From Callorhinchus milii (taxonomy: Eukaryota), in the NCBI RefSeq assembly GCF_018977255.1, contig NW_024704742.1, forward strand, positions 114,082,001 to 114,146,000: 64,000 bases of DNA, in the 5' to 3' direction. Both the position numbers and the translations under genes were made by a program. The notes below the pieces were generated by a model, which worked only from the letters and a program-made list of their open reading frames with translations, had not been told where the DNA came from and ran no database searches. This document shows positions 52,301 through 64,000 of this stretch, one piece after another; the first letter of the stretch is position 1; every line of letters starts with the position of its first letter.

Positions 52301-52961
52301 ATAGCTCATTCCTCTAACGCTGGGTATGAACCTCATTGCCTCTTATCACTGTCTCCAGGGGCTGAGCGCAGGGTCTCCTTGTGGTTGAACTGGCTCCAAG
52401 GAGACATGCCTGGCAACGGAATGTTAGAATTGAACAAGTCCTCTGTGGCAGCCTTGGTGGTCCGGTTTCCTAGACATAGGTCTGCAGTATTCCAGGACAC
52501 TGCTGATGACAGTACAGAGAGCCTGGCTCATCGACAGGACATGCAAGGGTAAACCACTCACTTGAGGCAGGGAGTCATCCCACTCAGCTACTGTTAACCT
52601 TTCAAGCCAAAGCCCTAATGGGTAGGGTGGCCCGAGCTGGACAAGCAGCAGGAAAGCTTCCTGGGCAGAAATATCAATGGCAAGCTATATGGTTTTAGCT
52701 GGTTAGTCTTCAGCAGTACCCCAACATAATCTGGGGTCCCCAAGCCTTGACTCTTGCCAACCTGCGTCTAATACTTTCCAGAATTAGGTAAGCAGGGTGT
52801 GTCCCTCCAGGGAGAGAGGGCGCATTCCATTCCAACAATCTATCTCTGGGATTTCCATGTGTAGGTGGGATGCATGGAAATCTCAGCTTGGTTTGGATAT
52901 TCTTAAGCATGATGATGATTTCTGCATGTGTCAGACACCCGGCCGTCCGAAAAAAAATAAA
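52301..52961 (+). repeat. Unclassified dispersed repeat, longest piece, ending in an A-rich run
   Basis: Three other pieces in this window align to it. Ends CCGGCCGTCCGAAAAAAAATAAA. Confidence 0.75.
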
Positions 52962-53579
52962 GCCAATGAGACATTAGTTTACTTGTTACTCACCATATCC
53001 AAACAGTATAAGTGTCAGTAAACAAAGTACAGATGTTGGAACATGTTGCTCAGAAACTTGAATTCAAATTGCCCAGAAGTCACGCTCCAGTTATACCGTC
53101 AAACTCCTCTCACTGGAGCACTGTATAACAGCTGGAATGGGTTATCAGGAAAAGTGGTTAAGTGCAGGACAATGGATTCATTTTGAAAAGTACATTAGTT
53201 AATGCTGTAATGAAGGCAGGGTTGGGTAAGCAGGGTAGACATTCTGGAAGAATGAGAATTAATGGGCCAAACGGTCTTCTTCATCTGACCTGCGTTTTAA
53301 AAAAGCATAGCACTTGGATGCCCTCTGCTGTATAAATACAGGCACAACTTTCCCAAACAGTTCCAACAACTAGACAATGTTTTGGAAAACGGTTAAAAAC
53401 TTGTGGGGGAGTGGGGGGGTTTGGGTGTTGGGGGTAGGGGTAAATCCCAGCAACATCAGTGTCTTATTCAATGTCAGAGCTACTACAAAACTACTATAGT
53501 TGTCCTTTCTAGGATGGGCAATGGGTAGCGGTTTACCTGTATGCAAAAGTTTTTGTAGCGAGCCTAAATATAATATGTG

Positions 53580-53960
53580 AATAAATCTGTCTCTTCTTTG
53601 TCTCTGTGTGTCTCTTCCTCGCTTTCTGTCCAACTCTCTACTCGTATTCCATCTCCCTGTGAGTTTCTTTTGTGTGCATATGTCTCACTCTGATTTTGTA
53701 TCTCTCTTTCTGCAGTTCCTGTTACTATTTCTCTCTCTTTTTCTCTTATTCACTGTCTTACTTACACTCACTTGCTGTTTCCCATTTTTCTCTTCCCTCA
53801 CATTCTCCTCTTCTCTCTTTCATACTCAGTCATTCACACTCTGTACGTTTCTTACCTGCCCTGCCATGATCACACTTACTCATGCTCATTTCCTTCTCCC
53901 CCCCTCTTCTTTCTTTCTCTCCTTTGCATTCCATTCCTCTCTCTCTGTTTCTTTTCAATC
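53580..53960. repeat. CT-rich low-complexity tract
   Basis: Directly visible polypyrimidine bias. Confidence 0.8.
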
Positions 53961-54469
53961 ACGTATGGAGTAAAATTTCATTGGGTCTAGACTCTATAAA
54001 TACTGTATAATATTTCGGAGGGTGCAAAATTGCCCAATTATTGAATTGGTTGTAACATTGAAGCCCATTTTCTGTAGTTCTTAAGGGAAACTTACGGAAA
54101 ACCGACTGCCAAATTGAAGACTGAATGTAAGCATTTGACAAATAGTGGACACAATGAAATGTTATGTAAATAGAGTAAATCCAGACACAGATGGAAGGAC
54201 TCAGAGTGAGAATGATGACGATGTCATTTCTTGCTCATTGCACTCAAGTGGCTGATATAATTTCCTTTCAAAATGGCCACCACAGACATGTGCAAAGCAA
54301 GCAGGAATCACAGCTGCTGCTCATGGGCACAGTACCCACCGCTCCCATTCAGGAAGACTGACACCATGGATTTGCCATAAGGTCTCTTATGGACAGGATT
54401 TGGGGGTGGGGGTGTGGGCAATGCGAGAGATTGAGTGATGATGCAGACGAGTGAGTGTGGGTAAGAGAG

Positions 54470-55043
54470 GTTATCACACCTTCATCACTTACCAGCTGGA
54501 CTATTCCAATATCCTCCTCGCTGGTTTCCCCAGCTCCACCATACACAAAACTCAATTAATCCAAAATTCTGTCACCCGGATACTCACCCGCACAAATCTC
54601 CGTACCCCCATTACCCAGTCCTTGCCAACCTCCACTGGCTCCCAATTACCGAACAGATCAACTTCAAGATCCTTTCACTCGTTTTCAAGCCCTTGCACCT
54701 CCCTACCTATCCGACCAGTTTACTCCCACACTCCACCACCCGCTGCCTCCACTCAGCTGGCTCCAGGCTCTTATTTGTCCCTCGTACCCTCCCCTCCACT
54801 ATGGGTGGCCGTGCCTTCAGCCACTACGCCCTGAAACTCTGGAACTCTCTCCCTCAATCCCTCTACCTTGCCCCCTCCCTTCCACCCTCCCTCCCATCAA
54901 ATCCTGCTTAAAAATATTTTTGATCGTGCTTACAGTCACCTTCCCCCCTCCCTTTTCTCTGGCCTGTTGTCAGACTCCGCCACTGTCAAGTGCTCCGGGA
55001 CGCTATCCTGTGTGAAGGGCGCTATATAAATGCAAATTGTTGT
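54470..55043 (+). mobile_element. L2 3' fragment, older subfamily
   Basis: ORFs with QLDYSNILLAG..QLIQNS and GGRAFSHYALKLWNSLP. Tail GGGACGCTATCCTGTGTGAAGGGCGCTATATAAATGC. Confidence 0.85.
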
Positions 55044-58000
55044 TTCTATTGATGTTGTGGATTCTTTTTTAAATAGAGACGGGACGTTTGTTTTACCCAG
55101 AGGTAAAGAGAGGATTGTGTTTAATGCGTGCTCTAGTTTTCTAGATCTTTAGGATTTGAATGGTATAAAAACTGGGGCTTTGACACAAAATAATTCTTCA
55201 ATTTGTGGATATTTGTGTGGCTTTCAGAGTTGTATCAACAGATACAAGGGGAAGGTGTAATAGCTGCCTTTTGGGACTCAGCATTGGGCAGGAGGATATC
55301 TTGAGGCATATTTGATTGACGTCTCTTTTTTGGGACTTCTCTTGAAATTTCTCTTTCTCTTTCTGAAATAGAATTTTTTCCAGTGGGTTTTAGTCCTCAC
55401 AAAATAAGCTTTGGCTATACAAGTTAGACCATTCTGCTGAAATTGTATATATAATATAGACAGTAGAAACTCATCATAACATCATTGTTGTGATTCAAGT
55501 ACTCTGAAATGCTACCCCGCGTGAAGGGCACTATATAAATGCAAGCTGTTGTTGTTGTTTGGATTCATAAAATGTAGTGAGGTGTAATAGCTGGTTTGAT
55601 TGCAAATGAGTGTAGTCATCACGCTGTTTAATGCTGACATGCTGGCTGGTGTTATTGTCAGTGGAAACCTCCTTACAATCACAAAGACCCATCTTTTACG
55701 TATTTGTTTTGTTCTATCTTTCTAAAATTACACCTGGCTTCCTCTGCCACCAATTATAAAGAACCGCCCATCATGTCAGCTCCTCTAAAACAGCAAAACA
55801 CAGAGCCTAGTAGGCAATGCTTTGTTTATGTCCCTGGAGATTGGTGCACAGAGTTGTGCCACACACACACACACAATGACATGCACATACACGCCATAGT
55901 GGAGCAAGTACAGTTCTTCTCTCTGATAAAATGCTGGTGATGCTGCACATTTAGCAGCAATATTAGTTGCTAAGCAAAATGTAGAGGTCAGCTCTCGGGC
56001 AACGTTACAATACCTGTTATTGAGTCAGTTGGCAGAATGCTGAAGCTTGTAGAATGAGTCAGACAGTACGCAGGTTAGAGAGGGGAGAGGGAAACAAAGA
56101 AAAAAGAGTAGGGGGATTGAAAAAAACCTTAAACGATGAAACCACCAGAATACGTGTCTGCAATATAAACTGCATTTTCTTCAAGGAAACAAGTGAAAGA
56201 GGAGCAGATAGAAACGATGACACAGAGTAGTGCAGATGAGAAGCTGAGACTAAATGTAGGCTGTCAAAGCAGACCAGAGCCGAGGCTAACATTATCCACT
56301 GTACCTAGAATAACTGCTCATCCACGGCAGATCCTAATTGTATAAGTGACTCATTCACATACAAAGTCACAGTCACTTTGCTTAAACAGTAATTACTGTG
56401 AACTACTTTGGTACATTTCAATGACGTAAGGTGCCACATCAAATGCAAGGATTATTATAGTCAGTAATGATATAAGTAGATTGTGCATCAATAACAGGAC
56501 AGGTGTCAATAATAGAACAGGTGTCAGTAACAGGACAGATAATAGTGTCGGTAATAGAATCTAAGATGGTGTCTGCATCAGGACAGATTAAAGAAACAGT
56601 AGTGTTGTAGGGGCCAGTAAATGTGATATTATAGTATTCAGTAACTGATGCTAGTTGTAATAGTGTAGGTGAATATAGTACAGTAGTACTGTAAAGCTGA
56701 CGTAGTAACGTAGAGCTGGGGCAGAGGTGCAACTGTCCAGATTGTGGGAATCAATGAACGTTTCAGTAAAACTAAGAAGTGGTCACAGCAAATGGAATTC
56801 ACTGCAACACATCTTTTATGTGAGATGTATCATACCCTTGGTACTTGGGGCACAATAATTACCTTGGATGACACCGACATGGAAATACAGTGTCTCCCTT
56901 GTTCATGTCTAGATATACTACAATTGTAGATATCATCCAATAAATAACTCAGAGACATCAAAACTTACAATCTATGATTTGATGAGAAGTTTAACTTTCA
57001 CACAGAACTGTTTGACCAATGCACTACACAGATGCCCAATGAGGAGAGTTACTTTACATGTCAACATTCCTATATAACTCTCAGCAAACAGTTGTGTCTG
57101 AAATTTACAGACCGGGTAGAACAAAACCTTATTTTGATTAGGAAAACATTAATAATCATTACATTACTGAACTGACAAGGCGTACAGAATTTGCATTAGT
57201 TGGGAAAATTTACTTGGTTGCATTCCAGTCAGGAAGATTTACATTTACTTTGGCCGTCAGAGGAACGAGAGCATTCCTGCAAACATGCAATAAAGCAGCA
57301 CTCAGACCGAAGTGCTGAATGCAAATACAAAATATAAAATTACATTTGTATAGCACCTTTCATGTCGGAAGGATGTCCCAAGGCCCTGGTGAGAATGATA
57401 GTGACGGGCATTAAACCGACATGAAGTTACCATAAAAAAAGGAATAATTATGATAATAAATTTATTTTAAAATTATATCATAACCATTGAGAGGGAAGAT
57501 AACATAATTAATGAATGTTACCTATGACCATTAGTTCAATCTAATTTTTACCAAACATGAAGCATTTGGGCCAATTTCACACCTCTTTGGAGTGAGAAAT
57601 GGACATATCTCAGAATAAAACCAGAAAATATCATGGGACACTTTGCTAGTTTTAGTTCATATTCATAAAAATGGTATTGGTAAAATGTGTCAAAGGCTCT
57701 ACATCATTAATAAAACTAATAATCCTTACATTTAGTGTAGTACCTTTCATGTCAGGAGGCCATCTCAAAGCTCTTTACAGGATATACTGTAAAGTATAGT
57801 GACTATGTATTTGTAGACAAATGTTGTATGTTTGTGGAGTGCTATTGGTGGGGAATAACTTGTAGGGAGTAACTGAAGAATAATTAAAACTCTTAAAGTG
57901 TAGATTTTTATTGCTTGAGCATCAAACCCAGATTAGTGGTTCCTGAGAAAGCTTGAATTCAAACATAACCCCAGCTTCAAGGGTGGAAACTGTTCACTGG

Positions 58001-58404
58001 ATTCCATAGAAAATATAAAACAATGTTTTTTTCCAATATAATGTTTCTTTTTTAACCTTTTCTGCTGCCAGTTATTTCTCCCTTTGTTTAGCTCCCCTGC
58101 CACACTGACCATCCTGACTGAGATGGAAGACAATCTGCATAATGATGTTCCACTCTTATTCAAGATGTCATTCTCAACATCAACTTTATTGACGTTAAAA
58201 CCTCTCTCTAGTGGATAAACTATAGCATAGCACTACAGTGTGTGCTGGTGCTGTAGTCATTACATGAAGATAGTAAAGTTTGACTTGGCTTAGCAAATTG
58301 TTGTTGTTGTTCTTGTTGTTGACTTGACTTTATTTCAGAGGCTGCTCAAAAATTCTCCTGGGGACTATGCTTGTGGGGAATCTTTGGACCAACACACTGA
58401 ATCA

Positions 58405-58541
58405 CAGAATGCAAAATACTGCAGAAGCTGGAAATCTGAAAACAAAAACAGAAGTCACTGGGAACACTCAGCAGGTCAGGCAACATCTATGGAGAAAGGA
58501 AAGTAAGTCAACGTTTCGGGTCCATGACCCTTCGTCAGAAC
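58405..58541. mobile_element. Penelope-like element terminal fragment
   Basis: AAATACTGCAGAAGCTGGAAATCTGAA..CTCAGCAGGTCAGGC..AACGTTTCGGGTC..TTCGTCAGAAC matches a repeat end I recall as common in chondrichthyan genomes. Confidence 0.65.
58507..58541 (-). ncRNA. Minimal type I hammerhead ribozyme motif
   Basis: Minus strand reads GUU-CUGACGA-A-GGGUC-AUG-GACCC-GAAAC-GUU-GAC: both conserved core boxes, a 5-bp stem II and a palindromic helix III region. Confidence 0.6.
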
Positions 58542-59086
58542 AGAATCACAGAGCTGGGCCCACTGTGCTTTCGTTGCTATCATAAATGTCAGAAAGAACA
58601 ATTCCTATATTAAAAAAAGCCATATTTTGCAGAGTGCTGGTGCCTTTATTCAATTATATTGCCCACTTCAAGGGAGTTGTGAAGGTTAACTTCTTTGTGG
58701 AAGAAAGAAAATTCAAATAAAATTCATTAACTGTGCGAAAACATCCAGTAAACTTTCATCTCAATGCGATGACTCGAAGCCAGCCACAAGCCACAGTTGA
58801 ATGAGGTCAGTTGAGCACCACAGCCAAGGGAAGCACATCCTGAGCCAATTAAAGCTTTTTAAATTCATAGAGTATAATGGTTGCAAGAATGCATGGGAAA
58901 TACTATATTTGCTTTTAAATTAAGATGCAACACAATTATTTCATAACTCAAGTAGTAGATCATGGTTACAATTTAGAACTGCTTGTTTCAGCAGCCCAGC
59001 TGTAGTTTTCTTCTCAAAGCCTGGCATAGAATAGATTTCTGAGATCATAAGAGAGGTTCAGGTAAAGAAGGCTTTTTGGCTCATTC

Positions 59087-59502
59087 GGGTGTCAGCCTGG
59101 CTCAGTTGGTAGTACTCTCGCTTTTCAGTCAAAAGGTTGCGAGTTCAAGCTCCAAGTCAGGATTTGGAATTCCTATAGCCTAAAATGATACTCCATTGCA
59201 GTGCTGGGGATGTGCCACATTTTTCGTATCCGTCAGATGAGACGTTAAACCCAGGACCTGTCTGCCTGTTCAGGTGAATGTTAAAGTTTGCACAATTTCA
59301 AAAGAAAAGAGAGTTTCTCTCTCCTGGTGTCCGGGACAACAATCCCCTGAATAAATTGATCATTCACTTCATGGCTGTTTGTGGGAGATTGCTTCGCACA
59401 AATTGGCTGCTGTGATTATCTGCAAAATACACAGTCACTCAACTATACATTAAAATCCTTTGAAGCTCTTCAAGATGTCATCCCGATGTGAAACGCACTA
59501 TA
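59087..59502 (+). mobile_element. Old Deu-domain SINE (SacSINE1-like), near full length
   Basis: tRNA-like head TGGCTCAGTTGGTAG..GAGTTCAAG and Deu-like core GATGAGACGTTAAAC..TGTCTGCCTGTTCAGGTG. Confidence 0.8.
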
Positions 59503-59832
59503 TGGAGTCCTGTAGCTCAGTGGTTAGAGCACTCGCTTTGCAAGCGAGAGACCTGAGTTCAATTCCAGGCAGGTCAGGGCGAAACCCTGGGCAAGTTTCT
59601 TTACTCCACACAGATCCTAATAATAATCCCTCCAAAAAAAAACCAAAAACAATTATAAATTTGGTCATTTTCAATCCACGACTGTTTGTGGGACATTGCT
59701 GTGCGCAATTGGCTGCCGCATTCGCCCACAAATATATAGTCAATTCACTTAACAGTGTGGTCTGTGAAGCGCTTTGGGACGTCCTCCCGACGTGAAAAGC
59801 GCTATATCAAATGGAAGGATTATTATTATTAT
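59503..59832 (+). mobile_element. tRNA-Ala-derived SINE, young short subfamily, nested in the tail of the older SINE
   Basis: Intact head and CTCCC-loop hairpin. Host tail CACTATA resumes as TAAAAATG after it. Confidence 0.93.
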
Positions 59833-59869
59833 ATAAAAATGTGAATTATATTGTATCTCTTCTAGAATA

Positions 59870-60225
59870 CAACAACAACAACTTGCATCTATAAAGTGCC
59901 CTTCATGCAGGGTAGCGTCCCGAAGTGCTTGACAGTGGTGGTGTCTGACAACATGCCAGGGGAGAGGGAGGTGACCAATCAAACAGGAGGGTCTTCAGAC
60001 CGGATTTGAAAGTGGGGAGGGAAGGGTCAAGGAGGAGGGATTGAGGAAGAGAGTACCAGAGTTTCGGCAGGTAATGGCTGAAGGCACGGCCACTGATAGA
60101 GAAGCAGAGAGTACGAGGGATACACAGGAGGCTGGATCCAGCTGAGTAGAGCCAGTGGGTGGTGGAGTGGGGGGGATAAGCAGATCGGATAGGTAGGGAA
60201 GTGAGAGGGCATGAAGGGATTTGAA
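59870..60225 (-). mobile_element. L2 3' fragment, older subfamily
   Basis: ORF 59903..60247 contains GRAFSHYLPKLWYSLP..FKSGLKTLLFD. (AAC)n tail. Confidence 0.85.
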
Positions 60226-60285
60226 TGCCCCCTCTACCATCCTCCAATATAGAATCAAGTTTTTTTCAAAATTGAATCCACCTCG

Positions 60286-60594
60286 TGGTTCCTGTAGCTC
60301 AGTGGTTAAAGCAAGCGAGAGACCTGGGTTCATTTCCAGGCAGGGCAAAACCTTGGGCAAGTTTCCTTACTCCACACGCCTAATAATAATCCCTCCAAAA
60401 AAACAAAAACAATAATAATATTGGTCATTCTCAATCCACGACTGTTTGTGGGACACTGCTGTGCGCAATTGGCTGCCCCGTTTTGCCCACAAAATATACG
60501 GCCAATTCACTTTACAGTCTATTCTGTGAAGCGCTTTGAGACGTCTGGAAGACGTGAAAAGCGCTATATCAAATGCAAGGATTATTATTATTAT
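60286..60594 (+). mobile_element. tRNA-Ala-family SINE with a deletion in the anticodon arm
   Basis: A box joined directly to GCAAGCGAGA. TGGAA-loop hairpin. Confidence 0.88.
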
Positions 60595-61799
60595 ACGTTA
60601 CCTTGTATGTAAAGAAATACTTTCTGGTGTCTGTGAAATTCCTATTTCCCACCCTGATCCTGTGCCCTCTTGTTCTGCTATCTTAGCATATCTGAAGATA
60701 TTGTTCTGTTCTCAATCCCATTTAGAATCTTATATGCTTCTATAAAAATAATAAAATTAATAAGTCTTACATTTAGTATAGTACCTTTCACAGTGGAAAG
60801 ACATCTGAAAGCACGCACACAGAATATACTGTAAAGTGTAGTAATTATGTATTTTATGGTTGAACAATAAGGTCCCTATAATAGAAGCCCAATCCGGAAA
60901 GTATAATTAACTGTGGAAAGCCACTGCCTTAGTGACGGCTACTTTAAAGCTTCTAAAATAAAACAATTTGCTACTTTTGCTATTAAAGTGAAGATTGGTA
61001 GCAATTTAAGGGGGTTAGCAAAGGATTTAGTCCCCATCTTTTTCAAGCCCCCAGTACCTCAGAGAATCAAACGTTTCCTGGTCTTTAATTTCTTCCCTGA
61101 TCTCATCCATCTTACCTATGTAATTTTCCTTAGCTCTACAATCCAGCCTGTATCCTTGCCTCACTCTCTTCATTTCATCATGGGTGGCCAAGCCTTCAGC
61201 CACCATGCCCAAAGAACTCTCTTCCTAAAACACTTTATTTTTCTTCTCTCTCCCTGCATTTAAAAAGCTCCTGGTTAATGTCTTTAAATCTTTCACTTCC
61301 CCCACTCCATACTAACCACTACATTTGTTGAGTGCTTTGAGATATTCTTTAATGTTAACAAAAAAACTATATAAATGAAAGTTCTTGTTGTGGGAATATT
61401 AGGGGTGGGTGGGGGGGGAGGTTCTCTTTTGTTGGTGATTTAGGTCTTTAAAGAAAGAACTTGGATGGTAAATTCATGCAATTAGAGAACTTGGGTGATG
61501 TTAGATTTCTTGCCATGCAGCTCTATGTTTCTTGAGCTTTGGCATATTTATGTATGCACAGTCACTACACCTGTGTAGTAAAATCCTGTGAAGCGCTTTG
61601 AGATGTTTAAGTGTTCCGAGGCACTCCCCAATGTGAAGGGCATAATATAAATGCAAGTTGTTTTGCTATTTCGCCAATGTATTAAGGTTTTATATCAAAT
61701 TCAAGGATTGGTATTATTATCTCTTGTGATTTTGCTTTACAGGACAGTTTTGCTGCCAGTGAAAAGCAGAAACAGTAAAGATTGACAGGATTGCATTAT

Positions 61800-62290
61800 A
61801 CAATAATCCTTGCACTGATATAGCATGTTTCATGTCAGGAGGACCTCTCAAAGCATTTCACAGGATTTGTTGTAAAGTGTAGTGTCTGTGTACTTTGTGT
61901 TGAATCAGGCAGCCAATTCGTGCACAGCAATGTCCCACAAACAGCCATGAAGTGAATGATCAATTTCATCTGGGGATTGTGGGCCAGGACACTGGGAGAA
62001 ATTCCCTTCTCTTTTCAAATAGAGCCATGTGCTCTTTAGCAGCTACCTGAACAGACAGACAGGACCTCAATCATAGAATCATAGAATTATACTGCACAGA
62101 AGGAAGCCATTCGGCCCATCATGTCTGTGCCGGCTCTTTGAAAAGAGCTATCCAAATCAATCTCACTCCTCTGCGCTCTCCCCATAGTCCTGCAAACTTG
62201 TCTGCCTCAAATAATTATCTACGTACTATCAATGTAACATCTCACTCAAAATATGGCATCTCCAACAATGCAGTGCTTGACACCATAAGA
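61800..62290 (-). mobile_element. Old Deu-domain SINE interrupted by a CR1 3' end at about 62069-62220
   Basis: SINE breaks at CAGGACCTC, followed by (ATCATAGA)2 and CR1 3' UTR similar to 42667-42820, then resumes at about AATGTAACATCTCA. Confidence 0.75.
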
Positions 62291-62536
62291 CTGCCAGCCA
62301 ACAGTCAGGGCAATCTCTGACTTGATTTATGCATCCAGTTACAGGAGGTGGGAATCCTGTAGAAGTAAGATCTGAAGCAACCCCTTGGAGAGATTCCTCC
62401 CAAGTGAGTGAATTTAATCACAGATCCTTAATTGTAAACCATCCTATGGAACAGTATATGGAATCCTGTGAATTATTATCAGAAATTACACTTTTAACCT
62501 CCATCAATGGCTATGATTTATTTTGACTGCAATACC

Positions 62537-62990
62537 AACAACAACAATAAAATTTGTAAAGTGCCTTTCACTTCAGGAGGACATACCAAGGCGCTGAATA
62601 GTCAGGGATCAGAATCCGAAAGTGAGAAGCTGGGTTGGGATGAGGGAGGGAAGAGGGAGTTGGAGGGCGGCTGAAGGCACGGTCAAGAAGGAGGGTCTTG
62701 AGTCGTGCTTTGAAGGAGGCAAGAGAGGGAGCAAGGCGAAGGAATTGTGGGATGGAGTTCCAAACAGTGGGGGCAGAAAGGCTGAAAGCTCGGCCGCTGA
62801 TGGTAGGGCGGGTCAGGCGGAAGACATGCAGCAGGCCGGAGCTTGTTGAGCAGAGGGAGTGGACAGGTTGATAGGGTTTCAGCGGGTCAGAGATATAGGA
62901 GGGGACAATACAGTGGAGGGCCTTGAAAGTGAGGACGAGGATTTTGAATTCTATCCTCTGAGTCAGTGGAGCCGGGCGAGGGTGGGGTTT
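62537..62990 (-). mobile_element. L2 3' fragment
   Basis: Collinear with 17679-18165. Confidence 0.85.
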
Positions 62991-63344
62991 CCTTCAATAA
63001 ATGAAAGAAATGAAGCAAATAATCATAACTGAGACTTTAGCCATTCTTCAGGGAGCCAGACCTTCATATTATAGTGAAAAATACACTAAAAGGATAGAGG
63101 AAATTATAGGTTCAAATTTTGCTTTTTATGGCCTCTCCTCTCACTATAGAACTCCTGAACTATATTATCCATAGGCATGTCGAAGACAAGGTCCATTAGA
63201 AATGCTTTTTCTTCCCCGGATAATCATTCAGAAACAATTGAGCCCAGAAAATGTAGTCAACAGCAAATACATAGCAGTACACAACTGGATGAGACATCTC
63301 CCAGCTGGCTGCCAGGCTTGGGAAAGGTATCAATGTGTAGAATT

Positions 63345-63716
63345 ATAATAATAATAATAATAATCCTTGCATTTGATATAGCACATTATCACGTCTTCGA
63401 GACGTCTCAAAGCGCTTCACAGAATATATTGCGAAGTGAATTGACTGTATGTTTTGTGGGCGAAACGCAGCAGCCAATTTGGCACAGCAGCGTCCCACAC
63501 AGTCATGGATTGAGTGACCAATTTTTTTTAAAAAGGAATTATTACCCCCTGAAAAGCAACCTGCCAATCGACTAACAACCAGGTTCTTATTTACTGTTAG
63601 GTAAACAGAGGCGTGTGAAGGAAGGAAACTTGCCTAATATTTTTCCCTGCCGGGAATGAAAACCCAGGTTTCTCGCTTGCGAGGCAAGTGCTCTAACCAC
63701 TATGCTACGGGACTTC
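63345..63716 (-). mobile_element. tRNA-Ala-derived SINE, long subfamily
   Basis: CGC anticodon, internal segment, TCGAA-loop hairpin and (AAT)n tail. Confidence 0.9.
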
Positions 63717-64000
63717 ATAATAATAATAATAATAACCATGACCTTTGGATTTGGTTATAGTGCCTTTCACATCGGGAGGATATCTCAAAATGCCTCACAG
63801 AATTTACTGTGAAGTGGAATGACTGGGCATTTGTAGGTGATCGCAGCAGCTCATTTGCATACAGGTATGTTCCACACACAACCTGAAATGAATGATCAAT
63901 TTGGCCGGACAGCAGGAGAAACTCCCTTTTTTCAAGTAGTGCCATGAGATCTTTAACATCCATCTGAACATGCTGACGGGACCTACGTTTAACATCTCAT
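63717..64000 (-). mobile_element. Old Deu-domain SINE, runs off the window end
   Basis: (AAT)n tail followed by the Deu-like body. Confidence 0.8.

Noticed and set aside
52268..52552. 94-aa ORF as an RNase H or endonuclease remnant of the unclassified repeat
   Set aside because: The ORF starts in the SINE tail and lacks convincing catalytic motifs.
53540..54050. Possible MITE around the CT-rich tract
   Set aside because: A Tc1/Tigger-like end is suggested near 53990-54007, but I could not find a matching inverted left end.

Overview
Repeat-rich, non-coding vertebrate genomic DNA. The repeat set points to a cartilaginous fish, probably a chimaera such as Callorhinchus milii; this is inferred from repeat content and not verified. 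I recognise no host protein-coding exon, tRNA or rRNA gene. The only recognisable protein ORFs are reverse-transcriptase remnants of 5'-truncated L2 and CR1 LINEs. The window also holds about 11 copies of a young tRNA-Ala-derived SINE, many older Deu-domain SINEs, two AmnSINE2-like relics, hAT-like and Tigger-like MITEs, and a Penelope-like fragment with a minimal hammerhead ribozyme core. There is also an unclassified structured repeat family with four pieces, a long palindrome, micro/minisatellites and one N at 46208. The most informative signal is a 3' RNA stem-loop shared by the SINE and L2: it shows a compensatory base-pair change, and the youngest SINE subfamily carries the same loop as the best-preserved L2s. 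I found no convincing novel multi-gene system. Repeat boundaries were set by eye and are approximate, and family names come from recalled consensus features rather than database searches.
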